32,000 nucleotides of DNA from Nitrosopumilus maritimus SCM1 (lineage in GTDB: Archaea > Thermoproteota > Nitrososphaeria > Nitrososphaerales > Nitrosopumilaceae): positions 1,230,001 to 1,262,000 of the forward strand of contig NC_010085.1 of assembly GCF_000018465.1 (NCBI RefSeq), in the 5' to 3' direction. The number at the start of each line of letters is the position of its first letter. Positions within the stretch are counted from its first letter, which is position 1. The notes under the pieces were generated by a model, which made no database searches, was not told where the DNA came from, and saw only the letters and a list, made by a program, of their open reading frames with translations. The translations under genes and the position numbers were made by a program. This document shows positions 22,204-30,106 of the stretch, in pieces.

Positions 22204-23066
22204 GATTTTTGTGACATGATTAAATCTACTTTGTAGTTTAGCGTTGCTCGTGGATTTAGTTTAAGAGTCCATGGAATGTAGGATGGCTTTTTTGTAGAAT
22301 TTGAAATCTTAAATCCTAAATTCTTCAAATCAGTGCGTAAACTAGATGCATCTACAGGATTTTTCACAGAACTAGGTCCCCTATCAAAATCATAAGGATC
22401 AGATATTACAAAGTATCCTTTTGTGATTTGTTTTGATATTGATTTGAGTAAAACATTTGGTTCGATTATTTCTAGTACATTTAGGGCCAAGATTAAATCA
22501 AATTGCAATTTACCAAATACAGGACTCAATGAATCAGCTACAAAATAATCCAAGTTGTCGTTGAATTGTTTTTTTGCAATTTGAATTGCAGAAAACGAAC
22601 GGTCTACACCAAATACTAATTCATTAGAATTTGCCAAATGACTAGTTACAATTCCAATAGAGCAACCATGCTCTAAGACAAATTTTGAAGAAGGTAAAGT
22701 ATCTAAATTCTGCTTTATTGTAGAATAAAATTTTGAAGTTTCACTATTTTGATAGATTCTAGCCCACTTTTCTTCAATATCACTACGGTCATTGGTTTTA
22801 GCATTAAGGGATTTTTTTACAAAACTCTTGAGTTTAGATGTTGTAGATAACTTGTAGAGTTTCCCACCAAGAATTCTTCTAGAAGAAAGATACTTTGAGA
22901 AATCATTCCACATTATTGGGATTTTTTGTATGATTGGAAATTCTAAATTACATTTTTTACATTGAAGAATACCTTCTTCAATTTCTTTTTTGGATTCAAA
23001 TACATCAAGTTCAAGTTTAGCACCACATTTCATACATCTTAAAAATTCAAGACTTGATTGAATCAT
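22200..23066 (-). CDS. class I SAM-dependent methyltransferase with an N-terminal Trm112-like zinc ribbon
   Basis: LRCMKCGAKLE ... LQCKKCNLEFPIIQKIPIM (Trm112-like), then VLEHGCSIGIVT (motif I) and VFGVDRS (motif II). Confidence 0.75.
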   Translation of the reverse strand: MIQSSLEFLRCMKCGAKLELDVFESKKEIEEGILQCKKCNLEFPIIQKIPIMWNDFSKYLSSRRILGGKLYKLSTTSKLKSFVKKSLNAKTNDRSDIEEKWARIYQNSETSKFYSTIKQNLDTLPSSKFVLEHGCSIGIVTSHLANSNELVFGVDRSFSAIQIAKKQFNDNLDYFVADSLSPVFGKLQFDLILALNVLEIIEPNVLLKSISKQITKGYFVISDPYDFDRGPSSVKNPVDASSLRTDLKNLGFKISNSTKKPSYIPWTLKLNPRATLNYKVDLIMSQKS

Positions 23067-23149
23067 GAGAAATTAATTATTCCAAGCTATATTTCTTTGA
23101 TGCAAAATCAAGATAATGTTAAATGTAGTAATCCAAGATTAATTCTAAA

Positions 23150-24346
23150 ATGGGCGAATATGAGGAATTTGCAGAAGCACTATTTGGTCAATTATCAGTA
23201 GAAATTGATGAGGAAAAAGAAATTTCGAGCCTAGCAGTTAAGGCCAAAGAAGATCTTGCAGGCAAAGTAGAGTTCAAAGATATTGAAGAGATTACAAAGG
23301 ATGTAGTACCTCAGTTCAAAGAAAAAATAAAAGACTTTCTTGGAATTGAAGTACCAAACAACATAGAATTCAAGTTTCCAGAATTAGAAGATCTGAAGAG
23401 ACTCAAAGGAGAAAAGGTATTTGCAGATAATGAATCAAAAGAATTTGTCAGAGATTTATTTGATGCAGTTGCAAAAGAGAATAATGCAAAGATTGCTGAA
23501 TTAATGAAAAAAGATACTGCAAAGTATTTAGTGTATTCTACTTACGCAATTCAATACATCTCAAAGATTACAACAACTTATGGAGATTATCTTGATGGTG
23601 TGATTTACCTTAACAGATTCATATTATCACGTTATCCACAAATTATTTTACATAAACAAGGAGAGCCATACGAATCAAGATTTGAGAATGTAAATTCTGG
23701 ATATACAGGTGGAATAAAGATGGCAGTGTTAGAAGAGTTAATTCACTCCACACAAGAAAAGTTACATCAAATTAACAAGGATGCAGCAATGCAAGTAAAC
23801 AAAATCAATGAAGAACTAGCAGGAATTATTCTAGAATTAGATACAGAAACTGTTAACATGTTAGCTGAATATTGTCAATTACAAACAGTACCAGATGATT
23901 TTCCATTTGCAAAAAGGGCAAACCTATTTTTCTTTTTGAATCCAGATCATTTCTTAATTGAACAAATAGGACCTGATGTCATGACATTCACACATGTAGA
24001 GATGGACCCGAAAATCAAAGAAGCAATTCCACAACTATTAGACATTTACAAGAGATGGCTTGCACCAATACAACATCATCATGCAGCATTTACTGCAATG
24101 GAAGGCATGGCAGGATTTGCAATTGAAAATATTCTCAAAGATGATCAAGACTTTCAGAATTATCTGACCACATTCATGGGAACAGACTTTTCGTCATATC
24201 AGGTAAGAAAGAGCATGGGTAAGGACTTTACAAAGGCAATATATGAAAAACTAGGCTCAAATACCTTCAAAAAAATCATAGACATTCCCCCAAATACTAG
24301 AGAACTCAAAGATCCTCAACTATACCTTAGCAAGTTGAGTCAGTAA
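23150..24346 (+). CDS. acidic hypothetical protein, 398 aa
   Basis: Clean ORF. Its stop is 3 nt before the next gene. No confident domain (VLEELIHSTQE is only a degenerate zincin-like string). Confidence 0.6.
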   Translation: MGEYEEFAEALFGQLSVEIDEEKEISSLAVKAKEDLAGKVEFKDIEEITKDVVPQFKEKIKDFLGIEVPNNIEFKFPELEDLKRLKGEKVFADNESKEFVRDLFDAVAKENNAKIAELMKKDTAKYLVYSTYAIQYISKITTTYGDYLDGVIYLNRFILSRYPQIILHKQGEPYESRFENVNSGYTGGIKMAVLEELIHSTQEKLHQINKDAAMQVNKINEELAGIILELDTETVNMLAEYCQLQTVPDDFPFAKRANLFFFLNPDHFLIEQIGPDVMTFTHVEMDPKIKEAIPQLLDIYKRWLAPIQHHHAAFTAMEGMAGFAIENILKDDQDFQNYLTTFMGTDFSSYQVRKSMGKDFTKAIYEKLGSNTFKKIIDIPPNTRELKDPQLYLSKLSQ

Positions 24347-24349
24347 TAA

Positions 24350-25168
24350 TTGGAAAAAGAGTTTGATCCATTTGTTGCAGAATGGTTTTCATTTGTAAAA
24401 AATCCAAATTTCAATCTAGTTGAAAAGTGTCTCAAGTTTGCACAGATTCTAGAATATCCAGATCTTGATATTGAAAAACACATTGAAAAGATCACCAAAA
24501 TTGGAATGTCTCTTAAAGAGTCAATTAGTGATGTAAAAAATCCAACATATCTCATATCAATGCTAAATGAACATCTCTTTGAAAATCTAGGATATAGTGG
24601 AGATGATGATGACTATTACAATCCAAAAAATAATTTTCTAAACGAAGTAATAGATAAAAAAACAGGACTGCCAATTACAATATCGATTCTTTATGCAGAA
24701 GTAGCAAAGTTTATTGGATTGGATCTCAAAATTGTAGGATTTCCAAGTCATATTCTGGTAAAATACAATGAAGAGATGATACTAGACCCATTCTATGATG
24801 GACGATTATTAGACATTGATGACTTGCAAGAGATTCTTGATACAAATTATGGTGGAGAGATAGAGTTTAAACCTGAATTTTTAGACGAGATAACACATGA
24901 ACAAATTCTGGTTAGACTAACTCGTAACTTGAAGAATTCCTATGTTCAATCTTTTGTTTATGACAAAGCATTACGTTGCGTCAATATGGTATTAGCAATT
25001 GAGCCAGAATCACCTGATGACATAAGGGACAAAGGAATACTAGAAGAAAGATTGCTAAATTATGATAGTGCTTTAAAATATTTGAATAAATATTTGGAAA
25101 TTAATCCAAATGCAGAAGATGTAGATTTTATTTTAGAATTGATTAGAAGTATAAAGACAAAAAATTAA
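24350..25168 (+). CDS. SirB1-like protein (transglutaminase-like fold plus TPR; COG2912 type)
   Basis: TTG start. NNFLNEVIDKKTGLPITISILYAEVAKFIGLDLKIVGFPSHILVKY is the family core. C-terminal TPR-like ALKYLNKYLEINPNAEDV. Confidence 0.7.
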   Translation: MEKEFDPFVAEWFSFVKNPNFNLVEKCLKFAQILEYPDLDIEKHIEKITKIGMSLKESISDVKNPTYLISMLNEHLFENLGYSGDDDDYYNPKNNFLNEVIDKKTGLPITISILYAEVAKFIGLDLKIVGFPSHILVKYNEEMILDPFYDGRLLDIDDLQEILDTNYGGEIEFKPEFLDEITHEQILVRLTRNLKNSYVQSFVYDKALRCVNMVLAIEPESPDDIRDKGILEERLLNYDSALKYLNKYLEINPNAEDVDFILELIRSIKTKN

Positions 25169-25335
25169 TCAATAATAGAATCTATGTCGTTTCCTTTCTT
25201 AATCATTGAGATTTCATGACGAGCAATTTTGTTTCTCAATGCTCTTTTTAGGATGTCGACTTCACTTCTGAGCAATGCAATTTCATCTTCAAGTTTTGCA
25301 ACTCTTTCATAGATAGTTTCAGCTTCTGAACTCAT
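25165..25335 (-). CDS. 56-aa coiled-coil protein
   Basis: MSSEAETIYERVAKLEDEIALLRSEVDILKRALRNKIARHEISMIKKGNDIDSIID. Convergent 4-nt overlap with the SirB1-like gene. Confidence 0.4.
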   Translation of the reverse strand: MSSEAETIYERVAKLEDEIALLRSEVDILKRALRNKIARHEISMIKKGNDIDSIID

Positions 25336-25510
25336 GATTATCTATCATGAAAAAATTGTCTTAAAAAGTTATGGGTAAATAATTTGATGCGAAGGTTAGC
25401 TTTTTAGACTATAATTTAACATAGGAAATATTGACTTTTTCTTTAAATGACTGACTTTTAAGGCTACTAAAATAGACACTAATCCAAATCTAGAATTAAA
25501 GTTAGATTTT

Positions 25511-26839
25511 TCACGGACTATTCAAAGTCTGCATAAACTGTTGATTATTCATCATGTTGTTCATCATCTGAGGGTGCATCATCATGTTGTCCATCATTTG
25601 TTGACGTAATTCTGGATCATCCATCATGGTATTCATCATTGGACTCATCATGTTGCCCATCATTCCCTGCATATGCCAAGGATTGTTTAACATCATGTCA
25701 TGCATGTTCTGCATTACTTGAGGATCATTCATCATCTGACCCATCATGTTGTTCATCATTTGGGGGTTGTTCATAGTCCAATTACTATTCATCATAGTTC
25801 CCATATTCATCATGTTCATCATTTGTTTATTGTTCATCATGTCATACATCATCTGTGGATGATTCATCATGTCATACATCATTTGTTGTCTTAGTTCAGG
25901 ATCACTCATTGCAGTTCCCATAGCACTCATGTTATTCATATTTGACATCATACCGTGATTCATTCCCATCATGTTGCCCATCATCATTCCTTTGCCCATC
26001 ATGTTGTTACCCATCATAGAACCACCCATCATGTTGTTACCCATCATGCCTTGGTTCATTCCAGAACCCATCATGTTGCCATTCATCATGTTGTTTCCCA
26101 TCATGTTATTGTTCATCATCATATTACCCATCATGTTGCCCATCATCATTTTACCATTCATCATGTTCATCATCATTCCATTGTTCATCATGTCTTGCAT
26201 CATCTGTTGATTATTCATCATCATATCCATCATCTGTTGTCTTAGTTCAGGATCATTCATCATTCCCATCATTCCATGATTCATTGTACCTCCCATCATC
26301 ATGTCCATCATAGTGCTATTTCCTCGCATTGCTTGCATCATTGGTTGATGTTGTGCCATCATATCCATCATCTGTTGTCGTAGTTCTGGATTATCCATCA
26401 TTGTGTTCATCATCGGACTCATCATCTGAGGATTTTTCATCATTGTTGCTTTCATTTGATCAGTCATTGTCTGCAAATGCTGAGGATCATTTGCCATAGT
26501 ATCATACCAAAGTTTTCCAGTTTGCTGATTGCTTAACATGCTATTCATTACACGTTGCATTTGTTGTGGGTCGTTTGTCATCATGTTCAAATCCCAATTA
26601 CCCCATCCTCTATCTGCCAATCTCAGATAGCTGTCAGGATTAACACACGCAGGCATTCCCATGTTTTTCATCATGAGAACCTTACCGTCAGCACATACGA
26701 TTTGGTTTGGATTTGTTCCCATCATCATCTGCTGTTTTGGACTCATCATGGTTTGTGCCATAACTTGCTCAGAAAGTAACGATAGTGAAATTGTAGCAAT
26801 AGTGAAAATTAAGATTACAGAAAATAATGCCCTTTTCAT
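25511..26839 (-). CDS. secreted, extremely methionine-rich repeat protein (about 31 percent Met)
   Basis: 442-aa uninterrupted ORF. Signal peptide MKRALFSVILIFTIATISLSLLSEQVMAQ. Two-Cys N-terminal module. Then M/N/Q/G low complexity with repeated (D/N)PELRQQMM units. My hand count is ~138 Met. Confidence 0.8.
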   Translation of the reverse strand: MKRALFSVILIFTIATISLSLLSEQVMAQTMMSPKQQMMMGTNPNQIVCADGKVLMMKNMGMPACVNPDSYLRLADRGWGNWDLNMMTNDPQQMQRVMNSMLSNQQTGKLWYDTMANDPQHLQTMTDQMKATMMKNPQMMSPMMNTMMDNPELRQQMMDMMAQHQPMMQAMRGNSTMMDMMMGGTMNHGMMGMMNDPELRQQMMDMMMNNQQMMQDMMNNGMMMNMMNGKMMMGNMMGNMMMNNNMMGNNMMNGNMMGSGMNQGMMGNNMMGGSMMGNNMMGKGMMMGNMMGMNHGMMSNMNNMSAMGTAMSDPELRQQMMYDMMNHPQMMYDMMNNKQMMNMMNMGTMMNSNWTMNNPQMMNNMMGQMMNDPQVMQNMHDMMLNNPWHMQGMMGNMMSPMMNTMMDDPELRQQMMDNMMMHPQMMNNMMNNQQFMQTLNSP

Positions 26840-26917
26840 ACTTTATTGATAGTGTTTTTGTTAAATTTAAAGTATATACCATATTTCACAGATGATTCTC
26901 AGATGATGTAATGAGAA

Positions 26918-27538
26918 TTATGATGACTCGGATTGTTTTAGATCATTTCTAGCGTCCTTAATGATTGAGAATGATGATTGTAAAAAGAGACTTGCAATTA
27001 TTCCAGCTACTATAAGATCAGGGTAGGATGTTCCTGTCAAAAATACAAAACCTGCACCAACTATTACCAAAATATTGCCAAGTGCGTCATTGCGACTAAA
27101 GAGCCATACTGCACGTACATTTGCGTCACCTTTTCGATGTGGAAGCAATATGATAACTGCAATTACATTTATCAAAAGTGCACCAAAGCCAAAGACTCCC
27201 ATCATTCCAGCTTCTGGAACATGCAAAACTTGTGTGCGATATATTGTATATCCAAGTACTGCAATTCCCATTGCACCAAGGAATATTCCTTGGAGTAAAG
27301 CTGAGCGAGCACGTAATCTAAGACCCCATCCTATTGCAAGTAATCCTAAAAATGTGATTGACCCGTCACCTAGAAAATCAAGTGCGTCAGCTTTGAGTGC
27401 TTGAGAATCTGCCAAGAATCCCCCAATCATTTCGGCAACCCCGTAACCTACATTGATTAAAACGACAACCCATAATGCGCGTTTGTATGCAGGTGTGATA
27501 TGAGCAAGATCTTTTGGTAAATCATCATCGTCTGGCAT
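26918..27538 (-). CDS. cation diffusion facilitator (CDF) transporter, membrane domain only
   Basis: 206 aa. CDF signature SQALKADALDFLGD (TM2) and NVRAVWLFSRNDALGN (TM5). Ends right after TM6, with no cytoplasmic C-terminal domain. Confidence 0.8.
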   Translation of the reverse strand: MPDDDDLPKDLAHITPAYKRALWVVVLINVGYGVAEMIGGFLADSQALKADALDFLGDGSITFLGLLAIGWGLRLRARSALLQGIFLGAMGIAVLGYTIYRTQVLHVPEAGMMGVFGFGALLINVIAVIILLPHRKGDANVRAVWLFSRNDALGNILVIVGAGFVFLTGTSYPDLIVAGIIASLFLQSSFSIIKDARNDLKQSESS

Positions 27539-27575
27539 TAACTTTACCTCTCAAATTCAATTAGAGTTAAATAAT

Positions 27576-27601
27576 AACATATCATTAATTAATGATATGT
27601 T
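27576..27601. promoter_or_regulatory. perfect 12-2-12 palindrome AACATATCATTA-AT-TAATGATATGTT (ArsR/SmtB-type operator)
   Basis: A 26-bp perfect palindrome between the divergent CDF and ArsR genes. It covers the ArsR ATG (27597) and abuts the shared AT-rich TATA-like region 27566-27576. Confidence 0.75.
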
Positions 27602-27926
27602 AAAACAAGAGACAGACAAACTTGAATTAAAAGCAAAACTGTTTCGAGGTTTTGGAGACATGACAAGACTATCCATACTAGAATCCATCATAGATGAAGA
27701 AAAGACGGTCACAGATATTTCTCAAAAAGTAAAGCAAAGCCAATCAAATGTGTCTAATCACCTATCATGTTTACTAGAATGTGGGCTTGTGAAGATTAGA
27801 AAAGATGGCAAAAACAGGTTTTACAGTATTGGAGATAAGCGAGTTGTCAAGCTTCTCAAGCAGGGAGACGACATATTGTCTGATATTGCAGATGGAATCT
27901 ATTCCTGTGTGAATTACAAAAAATAA
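27597..27926 (+). CDS. ArsR/SmtB-family metalloregulator with a CmtR-like Cys arrangement
   Basis: 109 aa. FGDMTRLSILESI ... SQSNVSNHLSCLLECGLVK closely matches M. tuberculosis CmtR SNVSNHLSCLRGCGLVV as I recall it. Cys58 and Cys62 lie in the recognition helix, and Cys104 lies near the C-terminus. Confidence 0.85.
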   Translation: MLKQETDKLELKAKLFRGFGDMTRLSILESIIDEEKTVTDISQKVKQSQSNVSNHLSCLLECGLVKIRKDGKNRFYSIGDKRVVKLLKQGDDILSDIADGIYSCVNYKK

Positions 27927-27998
27927 TTTTAAATCGTATTATGCAGAATAAATTAATTCCAACATCGTATTCATTAGGCATAAAATTACATCAATTTT

Positions 27999-28292
27999 AT
28001 GGCTAAATCAGCAGGATTAATCCCCACAGCAGTGATTCAAGGATTTTCTCTAGGAATACTAATGCGATTCAATATCGACATCACTCCAGCTGGAATTTTG
28101 AAGATGATTTCGCCTGCATTAGAGCCATTAGTAGTAGAGCAAACTGCATGGATAATTCCAGTTGTTTTATTGGTGTTAACTATACTTCCAATCATTGCAA
28201 TAATCAAAATTTTTCAAAGATTTGGAATACTTGGAATTATTGTATATGCAGTAATTGCTATTGGAGTATGGTATCTTGTAATGACTAGTTAA
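27999..28292 (+). CDS. small integral membrane protein, 97 aa
   Basis: Three hydrophobic helices. No motif. Confidence 0.5.
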   Translation: MAKSAGLIPTAVIQGFSLGILMRFNIDITPAGILKMISPALEPLVVEQTAWIIPVVLLVLTILPIIAIIKIFQRFGILGIIVYAVIAIGVWYLVMTS

Positions 28293-28296
28293 GTTA

Positions 28297-28431
28297 TCAT
28301 ATTGTCCATTCAAGTTTTTGTGCATAATTAAGACCATGACCACAATGAGGACAACGTTGTATGTTACGTAAATGAATATGAAAAATATTTCCACAATAAG
28401 TACATCCAAAAAGTTGGTGTAAAGATATCAT
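28297..28431 (-). CDS. 44-aa zinc-ribbon protein
   Basis: MISLHQLFGCTYCGNIFHIHLRNIQRCPHCGHGLNYAQKLEWTI (CxxC ... CxxC). Preferred over the overlapping track ORF 28176-28409. Confidence 0.45.
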   Translation of the reverse strand: MISLHQLFGCTYCGNIFHIHLRNIQRCPHCGHGLNYAQKLEWTI

Positions 28432-28584
28432 AGAATAAATTAACAATGATCACATTTAGACATTTTTTATATTGTATACTGTAACATCTTGTATGGAAAT
28501 TTCAAAAGTCTCACAAAATGTATAAAAACTGTGACTAAAATAAAAATCAGTTCCATTAAAAATTACTGGATTTTACAAACTGTA

Positions 28585-28893
28585 TCATTTTGAATCAGAT
28601 TGATATGATTTAGTTTGTTCTTTAAAGAAAGAATTTGTCATATTCAATTCATTCTCGATAGTCTTTCTTCTATCTCTACTCTCTGCTTTAATTTTTCTTA
28701 GTTGTGATTTTATTGAATTATGTTTTTCTTTTTGTAATTGTTCTTGCTCTTCTTTTTGCAGATCAAGTGGTTCAAACTGCTTGCATTCAGAACCATAGTG
28801 ACCAATTCGAGTCCATTTACCATCTATCCGTACATATGCAACTAATCTAGTACAGTCTTCGTTACATTCTTCATGATATTGTCTGTAAACCAT
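28585..28893 (-). CDS. hypothetical protein, 102 aa (N-terminal Cys/His cluster, C-terminal charged coiled coil)
   Basis: HEECNEDCTRL ... HYGSECKQF, then QKEEQEQLQKEKH. Confidence 0.5.
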   Translation of the reverse strand: MVYRQYHEECNEDCTRLVAYVRIDGKWTRIGHYGSECKQFEPLDLQKEEQEQLQKEKHNSIKSQLRKIKAESRDRRKTIENELNMTNSFFKEQTKSYQSDSK

Positions 28894-28901
28894 AAAATCA
28901 C

Positions 28902-29879
28902 CTAAAGAGAAAAGAATCCTCCTTGTAATGGATTATGCATAGAAGATATTTTTTCAACTGTTTTTGCAAATTGGTTTAGGCTGAGTATTTCTGAAGGCAT
29001 AATATTTGAAATGTCTCTCTTTTCTGAGTGTAGATATTTTCCAACATTTTGCATGTCTTCAATTTGATTTTTTACGCTTGTTTTAGGCGTGATTATACGC
29101 TCTAAACGTACCCGAGTTGATTTGTCTGGGAATTTTTTAGCATAAATTCGGATAAACCCTCCCACCATATCAGAAATTGTTCTCTTAAACGGTTCACCTG
29201 TAAATTCTGTTTGTCCATCCTGATTTAGATGGTAGTGATTTACTATCCAATCCAAACTATGAGGCATGTCTTTTGTTTTAAATTCTACATACAAGTATGC
29301 TCGAATAAATTCCACATGACCTAGAAATTCTTGTGCTCCACGTATATCATAAATTATTGGTTCCCAAGTACAACCAATGTCGATAGATATTGTTTTTGGA
29401 TATATTACAATTTTAGCATAGATGTCTTTTGACAGAGTTAAAGAATCAAGGAATATTCCTTTGTTGTGTTTGTTTGGAACCATTCCTTTCTTAATTGCAT
29501 TTTTGTAAATTTGTACTGAAGGGAAATTCATTTTGATGTCATGTATTGTAGGAACTTGTTTGCTTGCTTCATTGATAATCTCTTGCATGTTAGTGCCGAC
29601 CACCATACCCTCGTTTGTTACAGTTCTCTTTGTTCTACCTGTATTTTCTCCTTTAATTTTGTAATGACAAAATGTTCCTTTGATTACCGTTATGATGAGT
29701 CCCTTGTCTTTTAATCTCTTAATTCTCTGCCTAAATGCGCCTTCTTTTAGTTCTGGAAAATCTCTAACACAAACATCTTGACCCATTCTATTCTTACTTT
29801 GTATCTTTTTTGCAAATTCTTTTAGTGTTGGTGAAAGGCTGTTAATACTATGGTTGTTACTTTCGTCTGTTACATTCAA
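28902..29879 (-). CDS. hypothetical 325-aa protein: N-terminal wHTH, C-terminal region with weak Rep_trans-like motifs
   Basis: FRQRIKRLKDKGLIITVIKG (wHTH-like). TIHDIKMNF and GGFIRIYAKKFPDKSTRVRLERI resemble the RxDxAxD and RiYdK...RxE strings of rolling-circle Rep_trans initiators. Motif-level resemblance only. Confidence 0.55.
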   Translation of the reverse strand: MNVTDESNNHSINSLSPTLKEFAKKIQSKNRMGQDVCVRDFPELKEGAFRQRIKRLKDKGLIITVIKGTFCHYKIKGENTGRTKRTVTNEGMVVGTNMQEIINEASKQVPTIHDIKMNFPSVQIYKNAIKKGMVPNKHNKGIFLDSLTLSKDIYAKIVIYPKTISIDIGCTWEPIIYDIRGAQEFLGHVEFIRAYLYVEFKTKDMPHSLDWIVNHYHLNQDGQTEFTGEPFKRTISDMVGGFIRIYAKKFPDKSTRVRLERIITPKTSVKNQIEDMQNVGKYLHSEKRDISNIMPSEILSLNQFAKTVEKISSMHNPLQGGFFSL

Positions 29880-30097
29880 AGTAATACCTCCGTTGAAATT
29901 AGAAATTGTTTATCATCAGAATCATAACATTTTTGACAATATTCTATAATGTAATTTCCAGTAGAATCTCCATCAAATACAATTCTGAATTTTTTCTTTT
30001 CCAGACATTCACATTCGTATTCGATTGGTTTCAAGGCACTTTGGCTCATGTAAGCAGTTGAAAAAAATCCCTTATATTCGACGAAGTATACATACAC
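29876..30097 (-). CDS. small zinc-ribbon protein (73 aa, or 57 aa from Met17)
   Basis: YECECLEKK ... EYCQKCYDSD. 4-nt overlap with the downstream gene. Confidence 0.5.
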   Translation of the reverse strand: MYVYFVEYKGFFSTAYMSQSALKPIEYECECLEKKKFRIVFDGDSTGNYIIEYCQKCYDSDDKQFLISTEVLL

Positions 30098-30106
30098 CTA
30101 TACACA

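Noticed and set aside
25700-26245. Plus-strand His-rich and Ile/Pro-rich ORFs (25700-25894, 25955-26245, 25971-26210) that would encode HHVVHH-type proteins
   Set aside because: They are the antisense mirror of the ATG-rich minus-strand gene (CAT is the reverse complement of ATG). They are fragmented. The minus frame is a single 442-codon ORF with a signal peptide and a structured N-terminal module.
25511-26839. Highly periodic CATCAT DNA, considered as a CRISPR array, satellite or tandem repeat
   Set aside because: There is no repeat-spacer organisation. The periodicity is codon-based and sits inside one long ORF, so it is low-complexity coding sequence.
28176-28409. Track ORF of 77 aa on the minus strand
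   Set aside because: It overlaps the 3' half of the plus-strand membrane-protein gene and has an implausible composition. A different minus frame (28297-28431) gives a clean CxxC...CxxC zinc ribbon that does not overlap.
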